Assembly: GCA_963668625.2 (NCBI GenBank)
Contig: CAXXKA010000001.1
Span: 96,001-160,000, forward strand
Source: an uncultured candidate division Zixibacteria bacterium
Lineage (GTDB): Bacteria > Zixibacteria > MSB-5A5 > UBA10806 > 4484-95
Length of the DNA: 64,000 nt
Direction: 5' to 3'
The notes under the pieces were generated by a model. It did no database searches, was not told the DNA's origin, and saw only the letters and a program-made list of their open reading frames with translations. Of this stretch, positions 1 to 9,149 are shown one piece after another. The translations under genes were made by a program, and so were the position numbers. Each line of letters opens with the position of its first letter. Within the stretch, counting starts at the first letter, position 1.

Positions 1-2
1 AT

Positions 3-1022
3 AGCTGGATCGATATCACTGAGATCGGCGATGTGATCGAATTCCCGGATTTCGCCCGCGATGACGGTAACTCAGGTTGGGTCGGTTTAGGATTCGGATT
101 CGATTATTATGGCCGTCAATACGAAAGATTGAAAATCTGTACCAATGGCTGGGCCACTTTCATGGATGGTTATTTCGTCAACCCCGATAACCTCGGTTTC
201 CCGGATGAGACATTGCCTAACGATATATTGGCGCCATATTGGGATGATCTCACCATCGAGTATTACGGTGATATCTATTTCTATTCCAATGATGTCGATA
301 CCGCGATCATCACCTGGGATGGCGTTGCCAGCGCCCAGGATAATTCGCAGTACACTTTCCAGATTATACTCACCGCTCCCGATAATATCGTATTCCAATA
401 CAACTCCATGAGTCCTGCGAATAGAGAGGGCGGTTCGATCGGTATCGAGAACCGTACCGCTACGATCGGTCTCGAGGTTGCCAGAAACGAGGCGTATGTG
501 GAGGATGAGCTGGCGGTCGAGTTCTATCTGGGCGATTCCAACTCACTCGATTGGCTGCAAATAGGTTCGGAGACAGGTATCATTGAAGCTGACTCTGATA
601 TGCTAATTCCAATAACACTCGATGCTACCGGCCTGGATGATGGGCTCTATAGCGCGGTTTTGAGGATTTTAACCAACGATTATAACATGCTGGTTAACGA
701 AATTCCGCTCGATATGTATGTCGGTATCGTGGATATTAATCAGCCCGAGGCTTTGCCCGGTGAGTTTAAGCTCGATTCGGTTTATCCGAATCCATTCAAC
801 GCTGAAACCATGATAAGTTTCAACCTGGCCAGGCAGGGGAGAGTATCGCTCGATATTTATAATGTCATGGGTCAGAATGTGGAAACGCTATGCAATGATA
901 TCATGAACGCGGGCGAACACTCTGTTATTTGGAATGCTTCTGTTTACTCCTCGGGTATTTATTTCATAAGGCTTTCTGACGGTGTAATTTCACGCTCAGA
1001 AAGGGTGACATTGATCAAGTAA
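3..1022 (+). CDS. Secreted protein with T9SS type A C-terminal sorting domain (5'-truncated by window edge)
   Basis: Frame is open to the window start (SWIDITEIGDVIEFP...). C-terminus YPNPFN...WNA...SSGIYF...LIK is a typical CTD. Similar to the C-terminal part of the next gene. Confidence 0.85.
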   Translation, partial: SWIDITEIGDVIEFPDFARDDGNSGWVGLGFGFDYYGRQYERLKICTNGWATFMDGYFVNPDNLGFPDETLPNDILAPYWDDLTIEYYGDIYFYSNDVDTAIITWDGVASAQDNSQYTFQIILTAPDNIVFQYNSMSPANREGGSIGIENRTATIGLEVARNEAYVEDELAVEFYLGDSNSLDWLQIGSETGIIEADSDMLIPITLDATGLDDGLYSAVLRILTNDYNMLVNEIPLDMYVGIVDINQPEALPGEFKLDSVYPNPFNAETMISFNLARQGRVSLDIYNVMGQNVETLCNDIMNAGEHSVIWNASVYSSGIYFIRLSDGVISRSERVTLIK

Positions 1023-1050
1023 TACTTTATCTTTTAATAGGTTAAAGACC

Positions 1051-1078
1051 AAAAGCCGGGTTTAGCTCCCGGCTTTTT
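1051..1078 (+). terminator. Rho-independent terminator
   Basis: AAAAGCCGGG-tttagct-CCCGGCTTTTT, ~30 nt after the stop codon. Confidence 0.85.
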
Positions 1079-1210
1079 CTATTGTCTCAGACATTGATTT
1101 TCCGCTTTCTTTTTGCAGATTTTTATATATACTATAATTGTAGGCTGCTGTGGGGAGAGAAAAGTTTACATAGGTTTAAAGTTATAGGCTCTTTTATTCC
1201 AAATTAACAG

Positions 1211-4200
1211 ATGGAGGTAGTTTTGAGGAAGTTGCTATTGAATCTGGCCCTGGTGTTTGTATTATGTGCTGGAGTTGCCTTTGGCGCTCAGACCGTAACG
1301 GTTGGTACATCACAAACCGATGTAGCATTGTTGCATCAGGATCAGGTCTCTCTCACCATGCAGGTTGATATCGGCGAAGTTGGTTTCGTGCCGATTTCAA
1401 CTAATGCCGGGTCGTTCGTTATGATGGCCGTGGATGGTTTCGCCCGTTCACACGATATCGGACAACCCGATCTGCCTGTGGTCAACCGTATTATTTCGAT
1501 CCCCTTCGGTTGCACTATGCGCGCGGAAGTCATAAATGCGGAGTTCGAGGAGATAAATCTCGCGGACTATGGTATTAGCGAACTGGTGATGCCGTCACAG
1601 CCGTCACTTTCAAAATCAGATGATCCCGACTATGTCGAGTTTCAGATGAACGATCAAGCTTACGCGACCGCCGGTTATACCGGTATGCCGCTGGTTCAAA
1701 CAGAAGTCCTTGGTATCATGCGCGCCCATCGCCTGGGCAAGGTTTCTGTAGCGCCGTTCGAGTATGATCCCGTTCTGAACAAAGTCAAAGTCTATACGAA
1801 TATCGAACTCAGAGTTCAATTCGATAATGCTGATTGGTTAACCACTCAGCAAAAACAACGCGATCTGTATTCGCCTTTCTACGAGGTCGTCTATAGCAAG
1901 TTTTTCAACTATAACGATGACTACCCGGTTATCCTCGATGATCTCGTTAACTATCCCGTAACATACGTGATCATTGCCGATCGTATGTTCGAGTCTCAGT
2001 TGCAGCCGGTTATCGAGTGGAAAACCCTGAAAGGTTTCACGGTCATAACCGCCTACACCGATGAGATCGGTTTTGATAATAGCGCGATTCGCGGCTATAT
2101 CCAGGATCTGTACAATAACAATACTCCGGCGCCGTCATTCGTACTGTTGGTCGGTGATGATCAGCAGATCCCGGCGTTCCCGTATAGCGGACATATCTCG
2201 GACCTCGATTTCTGCGAGTTCACCGGTGATCATATTCCGGAAATATACTACGGTCGCTGGTCTGCGCAAAACCCGGCCCAGCTTCAGCCGCAGATCGATA
2301 AAACTCTCGAATACGAAATGTTAACCATGCCCGATCCGAGCTATCTCGAGGGCGTGACTCTCGTTGTCGGTGTCGATCCCAGCCACGCTCCTACCTATGG
2401 CAACGGCCAGGTCAACTACGGTACCGACTACTATTTCAACGCTGCGCATAGCGTTGAAGCCAATGTCTGGTTATATCCTGCCTCGGATGATCCGAGTGCC
2501 GGCCCCGCTATCAGAGAGACAATCAACGATGGTATCGGGCTCGTAAACTACTCGGCTCACTGCGGTCACGATGGCTGGAGTGACCCGTCGTTTACCTCTG
2601 ATGATATCCGAAACCTCAATAACGAGCACAAGTATCTGTTGAGTATCGGTAATTGCTGTGAGTCTAACACATTTGGCGATGACTACAGCACTCCGTGTTT
2701 CGGTGAAACCTGGCTTCAGGAAGAGGGCAAAGGCGGTTACGGTCACATCGGTGGTTCCAATTCCACTTACTGGGATGAGGACTACTGGTGGGGTGTCGGC
2801 GCCGGCCCGGTGCTTGCCAACCCGACCTACGAGCAGACCGGTTTAGGCGCTTATGATGGTATGTTCCACGAGCACGGTGAGCCCGTTACCGATCATTATA
2901 TAACCAGTGATGCTATCGTATTTTGCGGTAACCTCGCGGTTATGGAAGGTGGCGGCGATTCCGATTACTACTGGGAAATTTATCACCTGATGGGTGATCC
3001 CTCGATTATCAACTATATAGGCATTCCCACCGAAAATAACATCGTGCACGACCCGGTAGTGCTTTTAACCGCTCCGTCGTTCGCAGTTAGCGCCGAGCCC
3101 GGCTCCTATGTCAGTATTTCCATGGACGGTGTGATTCACGGCCAGGGCTTTGTCGATGCATCCGGCCAGGTAGAGATTCTGCTGGACGCTTTCTCGATGC
3201 CCGGCACCGCTGATATCGTTATCACTGCCCAGAACAAACAGCCTTATATAGAGACAATAGCCGTTATCACCCCGAGTGGACCTTACGTGGTATTCAATGA
3301 ATACACTATCGATGATTCGGAAGGTAACGATAACGGTGAGATCGAGATCGGCGAATCGATAAGCCTAGATATAGAGCTTGTCAATGTCGGCCCCGATAAT
3401 GCTAATGATATTACGGCTACCTTATCCACCGAGGATGAATTGATTACCATTACCGATGATAACGCTGATTTCGGCGATATTGCCGGTGATTTCGGTACTG
3501 CCTCGGTTGCTGGTGCGTTCGCGTTTGATGTCCCTGCCGATGTCGAAGACGGTCATACTGTCAGGTTCATGATTTCCGCCACCGATGGCGACAGTACCTG
3601 GGTCAGCTATTTTACCAATACGATTTATGCTCCCGAATTAGGTTTCGTCGGATTGGCTCTTGATGATTCAGAAGGCAACGGCAATGGCATTATCGATCCG
3701 GGTGAAACCGTAGAAATTACCGTTACGATTGAAAATACCGGTTCGGCTACGGCGATGAGCGTCGCAGGCGTCCTTTCCGAGGAAGATGATTACGTAACGA
3801 TATCACAAGCTAACGCCGGTTTCGGTAATATCGATCCCGAATCGACCGCCGATAACTCCTCCGAAGTATTCATCGTTACAGCCGGTGCTGATTACCCGGT
3901 TGGTCATTCCGCTTTGTTTACTTTAGATTTGACAGAGGGTAACGGCTATGAGACCTCGATGCAATTTACACTTACCAACCTCGAATCGTTCGAGTATGGT
4001 AACGGCGGTTACACCGGCGAAGGCGTTTGGGAGTGGGGCGTTCCGAGTTCCGGCCCGGGTGCCGCTTACGATGGCGAAAAAGTTTGGTGTACCGTTCTCG
4101 ACGGTGAATATCCTGACGATTGCGATGATGGTCTCGTGACCCCGTACTATAGCATAGATGTGCCGGGAGCTTTCCTGTCATATTATCACTGGTACAATAA

Positions 4201-5041
4201 CGAGGAAGACTATGATGGTGTTCAGCTTTTGATCACCACCGATGGTTCTAACTGGGAACTGATCACTCCTAATGGCGGCTATCCGATTTCGGAAGTGCTT
4301 GGCCTTGATGATACCCCTGGTTTCTCCGGTGAAGCTACCAGTTGGCAGGAAGTCTATTTCGATCTATCCGCCTACGAAGGCGAAACGGTTAAGATCAAAT
4401 TCCGTTTCGGTAGCGATGGTTCGCAACAACGTCCCGGTTATTATTTCGATGGCGTCGTGTTCTACGGTGGTACCATGAGAGCACCGGAGGCATCTTTGTC
4501 TTGTCCCTCGATGGATATTGATGTCATGCAGGGCGACTCGCATGACGTGCAGATGACTCTTTCCAACAACGGTGATGCTCAGCTTAATTATAATGTAGTT
4601 GTGCTTACCGATCTGGCATTGAGTGCTACCGATGATACCGAAAGAAGCTACACCGGCCAGGTATTCGAGTCCAAAGAAGGCCATATCATGGACGAGAACG
4701 GTTCGATCAAGGTAACGGGCGAATCACCGTTCAACTACGATGATGTAATTACCAGTATTGGTGGCCCGGATGGATTCGGCTACACTTACATAGACTCCGA
4801 TGAGGAGAACGGCCCGCATTACGAGTGGAAAGATATCACCGGAATCGGTTCGGCGATCACTTTCAACGGTGGAACAAATCCGAACGATGACGGTTACTCC
4901 AATTCTATCTCGATGGGCATGAATTTCGAGTTTTACGGTGTTCCTGTCACCGATATTCAGGTCAGCACCAACGGTTGGGTTTCTTTCAATGACTACACGA
5001 TCCTCTTATCTCACCAACGCCGGCATCCCCGGTACCAGTGA
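1211..5041 (+). CDS. C25 family (gingipain, Kgp-like) cysteine peptidase with propeptide and Ig/adhesin-like domains; N-terminal part of a frameshifted gene
   Basis: Signal peptide, C25 propeptide (IGQPDLPV, PSQPSLSKS), FVLLVGD, catalytic His (YSAHC) and Cys (IGNCC), STYWDEDYYW, YHLMGDPS. Confidence 0.88.
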   Translation: MEVVLRKLLLNLALVFVLCAGVAFGAQTVTVGTSQTDVALLHQDQVSLTMQVDIGEVGFVPISTNAGSFVMMAVDGFARSHDIGQPDLPVVNRIISIPFGCTMRAEVINAEFEEINLADYGISELVMPSQPSLSKSDDPDYVEFQMNDQAYATAGYTGMPLVQTEVLGIMRAHRLGKVSVAPFEYDPVLNKVKVYTNIELRVQFDNADWLTTQQKQRDLYSPFYEVVYSKFFNYNDDYPVILDDLVNYPVTYVIIADRMFESQLQPVIEWKTLKGFTVITAYTDEIGFDNSAIRGYIQDLYNNNTPAPSFVLLVGDDQQIPAFPYSGHISDLDFCEFTGDHIPEIYYGRWSAQNPAQLQPQIDKTLEYEMLTMPDPSYLEGVTLVVGVDPSHAPTYGNGQVNYGTDYYFNAAHSVEANVWLYPASDDPSAGPAIRETINDGIGLVNYSAHCGHDGWSDPSFTSDDIRNLNNEHKYLLSIGNCCESNTFGDDYSTPCFGETWLQEEGKGGYGHIGGSNSTYWDEDYWWGVGAGPVLANPTYEQTGLGAYDGMFHEHGEPVTDHYITSDAIVFCGNLAVMEGGGDSDYYWEIYHLMGDPSIINYIGIPTENNIVHDPVVLLTAPSFAVSAEPGSYVSISMDGVIHGQGFVDASGQVEILLDAFSMPGTADIVITAQNKQPYIETIAVITPSGPYVVFNEYTIDDSEGNDNGEIEIGESISLDIELVNVGPDNANDITATLSTEDELITITDDNADFGDIAGDFGTASVAGAFAFDVPADVEDGHTVRFMISATDGDSTWVSYFTNTIYAPELGFVGLALDDSEGNGNGIIDPGETVEITVTIENTGSATAMSVAGVLSEEDDYVTISQANAGFGNIDPESTADNSSEVFIVTAGADYPVGHSALFTLDLTEGNGYETSMQFTLTNLESFEYGNGGYTGEGVWEWGVPSSGPGAAYDGEKVWCTVLDGEYPDDCDDGLVTPYYSIDVPGAFLSYYHWYNNEEDYDGVQLLITTDGSNWELITPNGGYPISEVLGLDDTPGFSGEATSWQEVYFDLSAYEGETVKIKFRFGSDGSQQRPGYYFDGVVFYGGTMRAPEASLSCPSMDIDVMQGDSHDVQMTLSNNGDAQLNYNVVVLTDLALSATDDTERSYTGQVFESKEGHIMDENGSIKVTGESPFNYDDVITSIGGPDGFGYTYIDSDEENGPHYEWKDITGIGSAITFNGGTNPNDDGYSNSISMGMNFEFYGVPVTDIQVSTNGWVSFNDYTILLSHQRRHPRYQ

Positions 5042-5870
5042 TCCAAACAATATGATTGCCGTATTGTGGGATGATCTCAATGGTTATGAAGGCACCTGCT
5101 ACTACTACTACGATGAGACAGAGAATCAATTCATCGTCTCCTGGACCGATTGGGGTTTCTATATTTACGGTGGTGATTCTCGTCGGTATGACATGCAGGT
5201 TATTCTTGATGGCGATGATAACTCGATTCTTTTACAATATGGTGATATCTCCGAGGGAGAATACGATAGTGATATTTCCGTCGGTATAGAAAACGCTGAT
5301 GGTGATGTCGGGCTTGAGTACGCCTATGACAACTTTACCGGCTCAGGCGGTCTGGCTATCAAGTTCAGCTATCCTCTGTTCTGGCTGACCGTGGACCCGA
5401 CTGTCGGCTATGTCATGCCCGAAGGTTCGCAGGTATTCGATGTCAACTTCAATTCGGCTGAACTCGAACAGGGTACCTATTACGGTGAGATTCGTATTAA
5501 CACCAACGATCCCAACAACGGCATGTTCAGCGTACCATGTACTTTGAACGTAGGCCCGGTCGGTATCGATGATTATTCATCGGCTGTTCCGAATGCGTTC
5601 GCGCTGAATCAGAACTATCCCAACCCGTTCAACCCGACTACCGAGATCTCGTTCGGCTTGCCGACCGCCGGTCACGTTAGCCTTGAGGTTTATGATGTCA
5701 TGGGTCGCAAAGTCAGTATCGTCGTTGACGAGGAGATGGCTGCCGGTACCCATAGCATAATCTGGGATGGTAATAACTTATCAGGTGAGAAGGTTACCTC
5801 GGGCGTTTATTTCTACAAACTCTCGCAGGGTGATAACACTACCACCAAAAAGATGATAATGTTGAAATAG
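4938..5870 (+). CDS. C-terminal part of the gingipain gene (+1 frame from ~5001) carrying the T9SS CTD/FlgD-like Ig domain
   Basis: IAVLWDDL module continues the upstream frame; ends LNQNYPNPFNPTT...SGVYFYKL...KKMIMLK; no signal peptide of its own. Confidence 0.85.
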   Translation: MFLSPIFRSAPTVGFLSMTTRSSYLTNAGIPGTSDPNNMIAVLWDDLNGYEGTCYYYYDETENQFIVSWTDWGFYIYGGDSRRYDMQVILDGDDNSILLQYGDISEGEYDSDISVGIENADGDVGLEYAYDNFTGSGGLAIKFSYPLFWLTVDPTVGYVMPEGSQVFDVNFNSAELEQGTYYGEIRINTNDPNNGMFSVPCTLNVGPVGIDDYSSAVPNAFALNQNYPNPFNPTTEISFGLPTAGHVSLEVYDVMGRKVSIVVDEEMAAGTHSIIWDGNNLSGEKVTSGVYFYKLSQGDNTTTKKMIMLK

Positions 5871-5901
5871 AATAAAGCAAAACCTCTGCTTTTGAAGGAG
5901 G

Positions 5902-5934
5902 AAGGGCGGTCATGCAAATGACCGCTCTTTTTTT
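5902..5934 (+). terminator. Rho-independent terminator
   Basis: AAGGGCGGTCAT-gcaa-ATGACCGCTCTT followed by a T run. Confidence 0.88.
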
Positions 5935-5982
5935 ATGCTAAAAACTACCGGCCCGGTAGCCGGTGGCAGTTTATTCAAGCAT

Positions 5983-6011
5983 AAAAAAAACCTCAACGAA
6001 ATGCTGAGGCT
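5983..6011 (-). terminator. Rho-independent terminator of rpmB
   Basis: Minus strand AGCCTCAGC-attt-cGTTGAGG then T8. Confidence 0.75.
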
Positions 6012-6038
6012 TGAAATTTTCCGGTCTTGAGAAGCTAT

Positions 6039-6224
6039 CTATTTTATAACCTTACCAGCTTTGATACATCTGGTACAGACCTTCATCTTTTTCGGGCGGC
6101 CATTTACCTTAGCATGGACGGTTTGTAAATTAGGCTTAAACCGTCTGAGCGTAAGGTGGTGCGAGTGACTGACATTATGACCGATTCCGGGTCTTTTTCC
6201 GCATATTTCGCAAACTTGAGCCAT
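6039..6224 (-). CDS. rpmB: 50S ribosomal protein L28 (Zn-ribbon type)
   Basis: CEICGK...GHNVSHS...RRFKPNLQ...VCTRCIK; AGGAGG SD upstream. Confidence 0.97.
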   Translation of the reverse strand: MAQVCEICGKRPGIGHNVSHSHHLTLRRFKPNLQTVHAKVNGRPKKMKVCTRCIKAGKVIK

Positions 6225-6334
6225 ACTTTTCCTCCTGTATGCCTAATCGGCAATCGAGTCTGAATATATACATTATATCGTTTAATGCAAGCCTTTTTTT
6301 AGCCGCCAAGTATACTCATAGTCAATGGATTAGC

Positions 6335-6363
6335 TTGACAGTCTATTTTATCTGGCGTATTAT
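6335..6363 (+). promoter_or_regulatory. Sigma70-type promoter of recG
   Basis: TTGACA-17 nt-TATTAT, ending 6 nt before the ATG. Confidence 0.7.
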
Positions 6364-6369
6364 CCCGGT

Positions 6370-8493
6370 ATGGTAGATGGCCGCGATATATCGGAAAATC
6401 ATGAGGCAGCGTTAAAATTTCTTTTCTCCAACGTGCAGTATCTCAAGGGAATAGGCCCCTCCAAAGCTCGTGTATTGTACGAGCATGAGATACAAACCGT
6501 GTTTGACCTGTTTTTCTACATTCCCAGAAAATATATCGACTCGAGCCAGGTTGCCAGAATCGGATTTATCAAGGAGGGGGAGACCGTGACCGTTATCGGG
6601 CAGGTGACATCGTATGGATTCATGTACGGCAGAAAGCGGAGATATATAGTCAATATCCGGGATGACAGCGGACATCTCGAGTTGGTCTGGTTCACGGGTT
6701 ATATATATCTCGATGGCCTGTTCCAGGAGGGGGATGTTCTTTCGGTCACGGGCAAGGTAGGTTTTTATGACGGTTTCCAGATTACGCACCCCGAGTTCGA
6801 GATCATATCGGGCAGCGATGACGAGCCGATTCATACCCTGAGGATAATCCCGGTATACCCTGAAACCGCAGTTTTGAAAAAAGCCAGGCTTCATTCTCGT
6901 GGTTTGCGCCGGGTGGTGAAATATGCGCTGGATAAGTTAGAGCATATTCAATGTGAAACGCTGCCGGGTTCGATTCGCAACGAGTTTGGCCTGATGGGGC
7001 TTCGGCAAGCGATAGCGCAGGTGCATTTCCCCGATTCCGAGGAAATGATAGATAAGGGTTACAGACGGCTGGCGTTCGAGGAGCTTTTCTATATGGAGCT
7101 GCTATTGGCCGCCCGTCATAATAACCGGACAAACCAGGAGCCGGGTATATCGCTTTCGCCGCCGACAAAACTTGGCCGCGATATGCTAAATAATCTTCAG
7201 TTCGAATTGACGAGCGGCCAGAAAACGACCTTGAAGCAGATATATCAGGATATGGAAAAGCCACACCCTATGAATCGTTTGTTACAAGGGGATGTCGGTT
7301 GTGGCAAGACAGTTGTAGCTCTGCTAACTATGCTAGGAGCTATCGAGGCGGGATATCAGGCGGCTATGATGGCGCCGACCGAGGTGTTGGCCGAACAACA
7401 CGGTTATACCATATCGAAAATGCTGCAGGGCATGGATATCAAAACAGTAGTGCTGACCGGTTCGGCGACTACGAAAAAACGCCGATTACTGCTCGAGGAG
7501 ATCGAGTCGGGTGACGCTGATATCGTCATCGGCACGCACACCCTCATACAGGATAGCGTCAAGTTCAGCAATCTCGGGGTGGTGATTATAGATGAGCAAC
7601 ATAAATTCGGCGTAGCCCAACGAGGAAAATTTCAACAAAAAGGCGCTTACCCGGATACGCTGGTGATGACAGCCACGCCGATTCCGCGCACCCTGGCAAT
7701 GACTGTTTACGGGGATTTGGATGTTTCGGTTATCAAGGATATGCCTCCGGGACGCACGCCGGTTAAAACCTCATTCGTGCCGGTTGAAAAGCGTGATGGA
7801 ATGTATGGTTTCATCAGTGATCAAATTCGCGCCGGTCGGCAGGTATATATAGTATATCCGCTGGTCGAGGAATCCGAAAAAATAGACCTTCGCGCAGCCA
7901 AGGAGAGCTACGAGCATTTCAGGGATGAGGTATTCCCGAAACATCGCCTGGCTCTTCTTCACGGCAAAATGAAAGGCGCCGACAAAAACGAGGTCATGCG
8001 AAAATTCAAACAGGGAAATGTTGATATCCTGGTTTCGACTACGGTTATCGAGGTGGGGGTGGATGTAGCCAATGCCAATATCATGGCCATCGAGAATGCC
8101 GAGCGTTTCGGCCTGTCTCAACTTCACCAGTTACGAGGGCGAATAGGCCGTGGCAAACATCAATCATACTGCTTTCTGTTGAGTGAGAACAGGCTATCGC
8201 GGGATGCCGAGGCCCGGATAAAGGCCTTATGTGCTACTAATGACGGTTTCAAAATCGCTGAGGTTGATATGTCTATCAGGGGACCGGGCGAGATAATGGG
8301 CACTCGTCAACATGGTATGCCGGAGTTGAAAATAGCCAAACTCACCGATGCGGAGCTGTTAACGCTTGCCAGGGACAGCGCTTTTAAGATAATATCCGAG
8401 GATGATAAATTGTTGAAACCGGAGAACAAATTGCTCAGGCAAGTGTTAATTAAAAAGTATAGCCAAAAAATAAAGTATTCGAGAATCGCATAG
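6370..8493 (+). CDS. recG: ATP-dependent DNA helicase RecG
   Basis: Wedge/OB domain, RLLQGDVGCGKT, DEQH, MTATPIPRTL, QLRGRIGR, RGPGE motifs. Confidence 0.97.
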   Translation: MVDGRDISENHEAALKFLFSNVQYLKGIGPSKARVLYEHEIQTVFDLFFYIPRKYIDSSQVARIGFIKEGETVTVIGQVTSYGFMYGRKRRYIVNIRDDSGHLELVWFTGYIYLDGLFQEGDVLSVTGKVGFYDGFQITHPEFEIISGSDDEPIHTLRIIPVYPETAVLKKARLHSRGLRRVVKYALDKLEHIQCETLPGSIRNEFGLMGLRQAIAQVHFPDSEEMIDKGYRRLAFEELFYMELLLAARHNNRTNQEPGISLSPPTKLGRDMLNNLQFELTSGQKTTLKQIYQDMEKPHPMNRLLQGDVGCGKTVVALLTMLGAIEAGYQAAMMAPTEVLAEQHGYTISKMLQGMDIKTVVLTGSATTKKRRLLLEEIESGDADIVIGTHTLIQDSVKFSNLGVVIIDEQHKFGVAQRGKFQQKGAYPDTLVMTATPIPRTLAMTVYGDLDVSVIKDMPPGRTPVKTSFVPVEKRDGMYGFISDQIRAGRQVYIVYPLVEESEKIDLRAAKESYEHFRDEVFPKHRLALLHGKMKGADKNEVMRKFKQGNVDILVSTTVIEVGVDVANANIMAIENAERFGLSQLHQLRGRIGRGKHQSYCFLLSENRLSRDAEARIKALCATNDGFKIAEVDMSIRGPGEIMGTRQHGMPELKIAKLTDAELLTLARDSAFKIISEDDKLLKPENKLLRQVLIKKYSQKIKYSRIA

Positions 8494-8505
8494 GGAGAGA
8501 TAGAT

Positions 8506-8685
8506 ATGAAAAAGAAAGTCGAAAAAGCAGCTATGCTGGCCGATGAGCTTGGCGGGCTGTTTAACGGGCTGGTCAAGGATGCCGAGGATCTGGATATCAA
8601 GCGGATGTTCAAGCAGCTTGAGGCGGATATGATGGATACCCGTCATAAATTGGCGCTGGCTCTGAAAATACTGGGCTCGAAATAA
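8506..8685 (+). CDS. Small helical hypothetical protein (59 aa, absent from ORF track)
   Basis: GGGAGA SD, ATG 8506, MKKKVEKAAMLADELGGLFNGLVKDAEDLDIKRMFKQLEADMMDTRHKLALALKILGSK*, fills the recG-DUF1844 gap. Confidence 0.7.
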   Translation: MKKKVEKAAMLADELGGLFNGLVKDAEDLDIKRMFKQLEADMMDTRHKLALALKILGSK

Positions 8686-8694
8686 GGATCGTGT

Positions 8695-9003
8695 TTGATG
8701 GCTGAGGGAAAACAAACTGACACGAATACCCTTCTGTTTACGCAGTTGGTGATGACTTTTCAGGCGGCGGCGCTTCAGAATATGGGGAAGATTCCGAACC
8801 ATTTGACCGGCCAGACCGAGATCAATATCGAAATGGCAAAAAACTCAATCGATATCCTGGGTATGCTGGAGGAAAAAACGAATGGTAATCTATCCGAGGA
8901 TGAATCGAAAATGCTCGCACAGAGTTTATCGCAATTGAGAATGTTATATGTGGAGCAGATAAACGAATCGGGATCCGGTGATAGCCAGGATAAAAACAAG
9001 TGA
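8695..9003 (+). CDS. DUF1844 family protein
   Basis: MGKIPN...AKNSIDILGMLEEKTNGNLSEDE...LRMLYV signature. Confidence 0.85.
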   Translation: MMAEGKQTDTNTLLFTQLVMTFQAAALQNMGKIPNHLTGQTEINIEMAKNSIDILGMLEEKTNGNLSEDESKMLAQSLSQLRMLYVEQINESGSGDSQDKNK

Positions 9004-9149
9004 AGATTACTATTTTTACGATCTTAAATTGGCCGCATGAATAAAGTCAGGTTTTAGCATTTTAATTGTCTTGTTATTATCATTTAATTGAACTAAATAT
9101 TAGCCTGAGAGTATACATAAAAAGGCTTGATTTTCGGAGGTATTGACTT

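Noticed and set aside
5944-5968. Extra GC hairpin between two convergent terminators
   Set aside because: Short, single copy, no evidence of separate function
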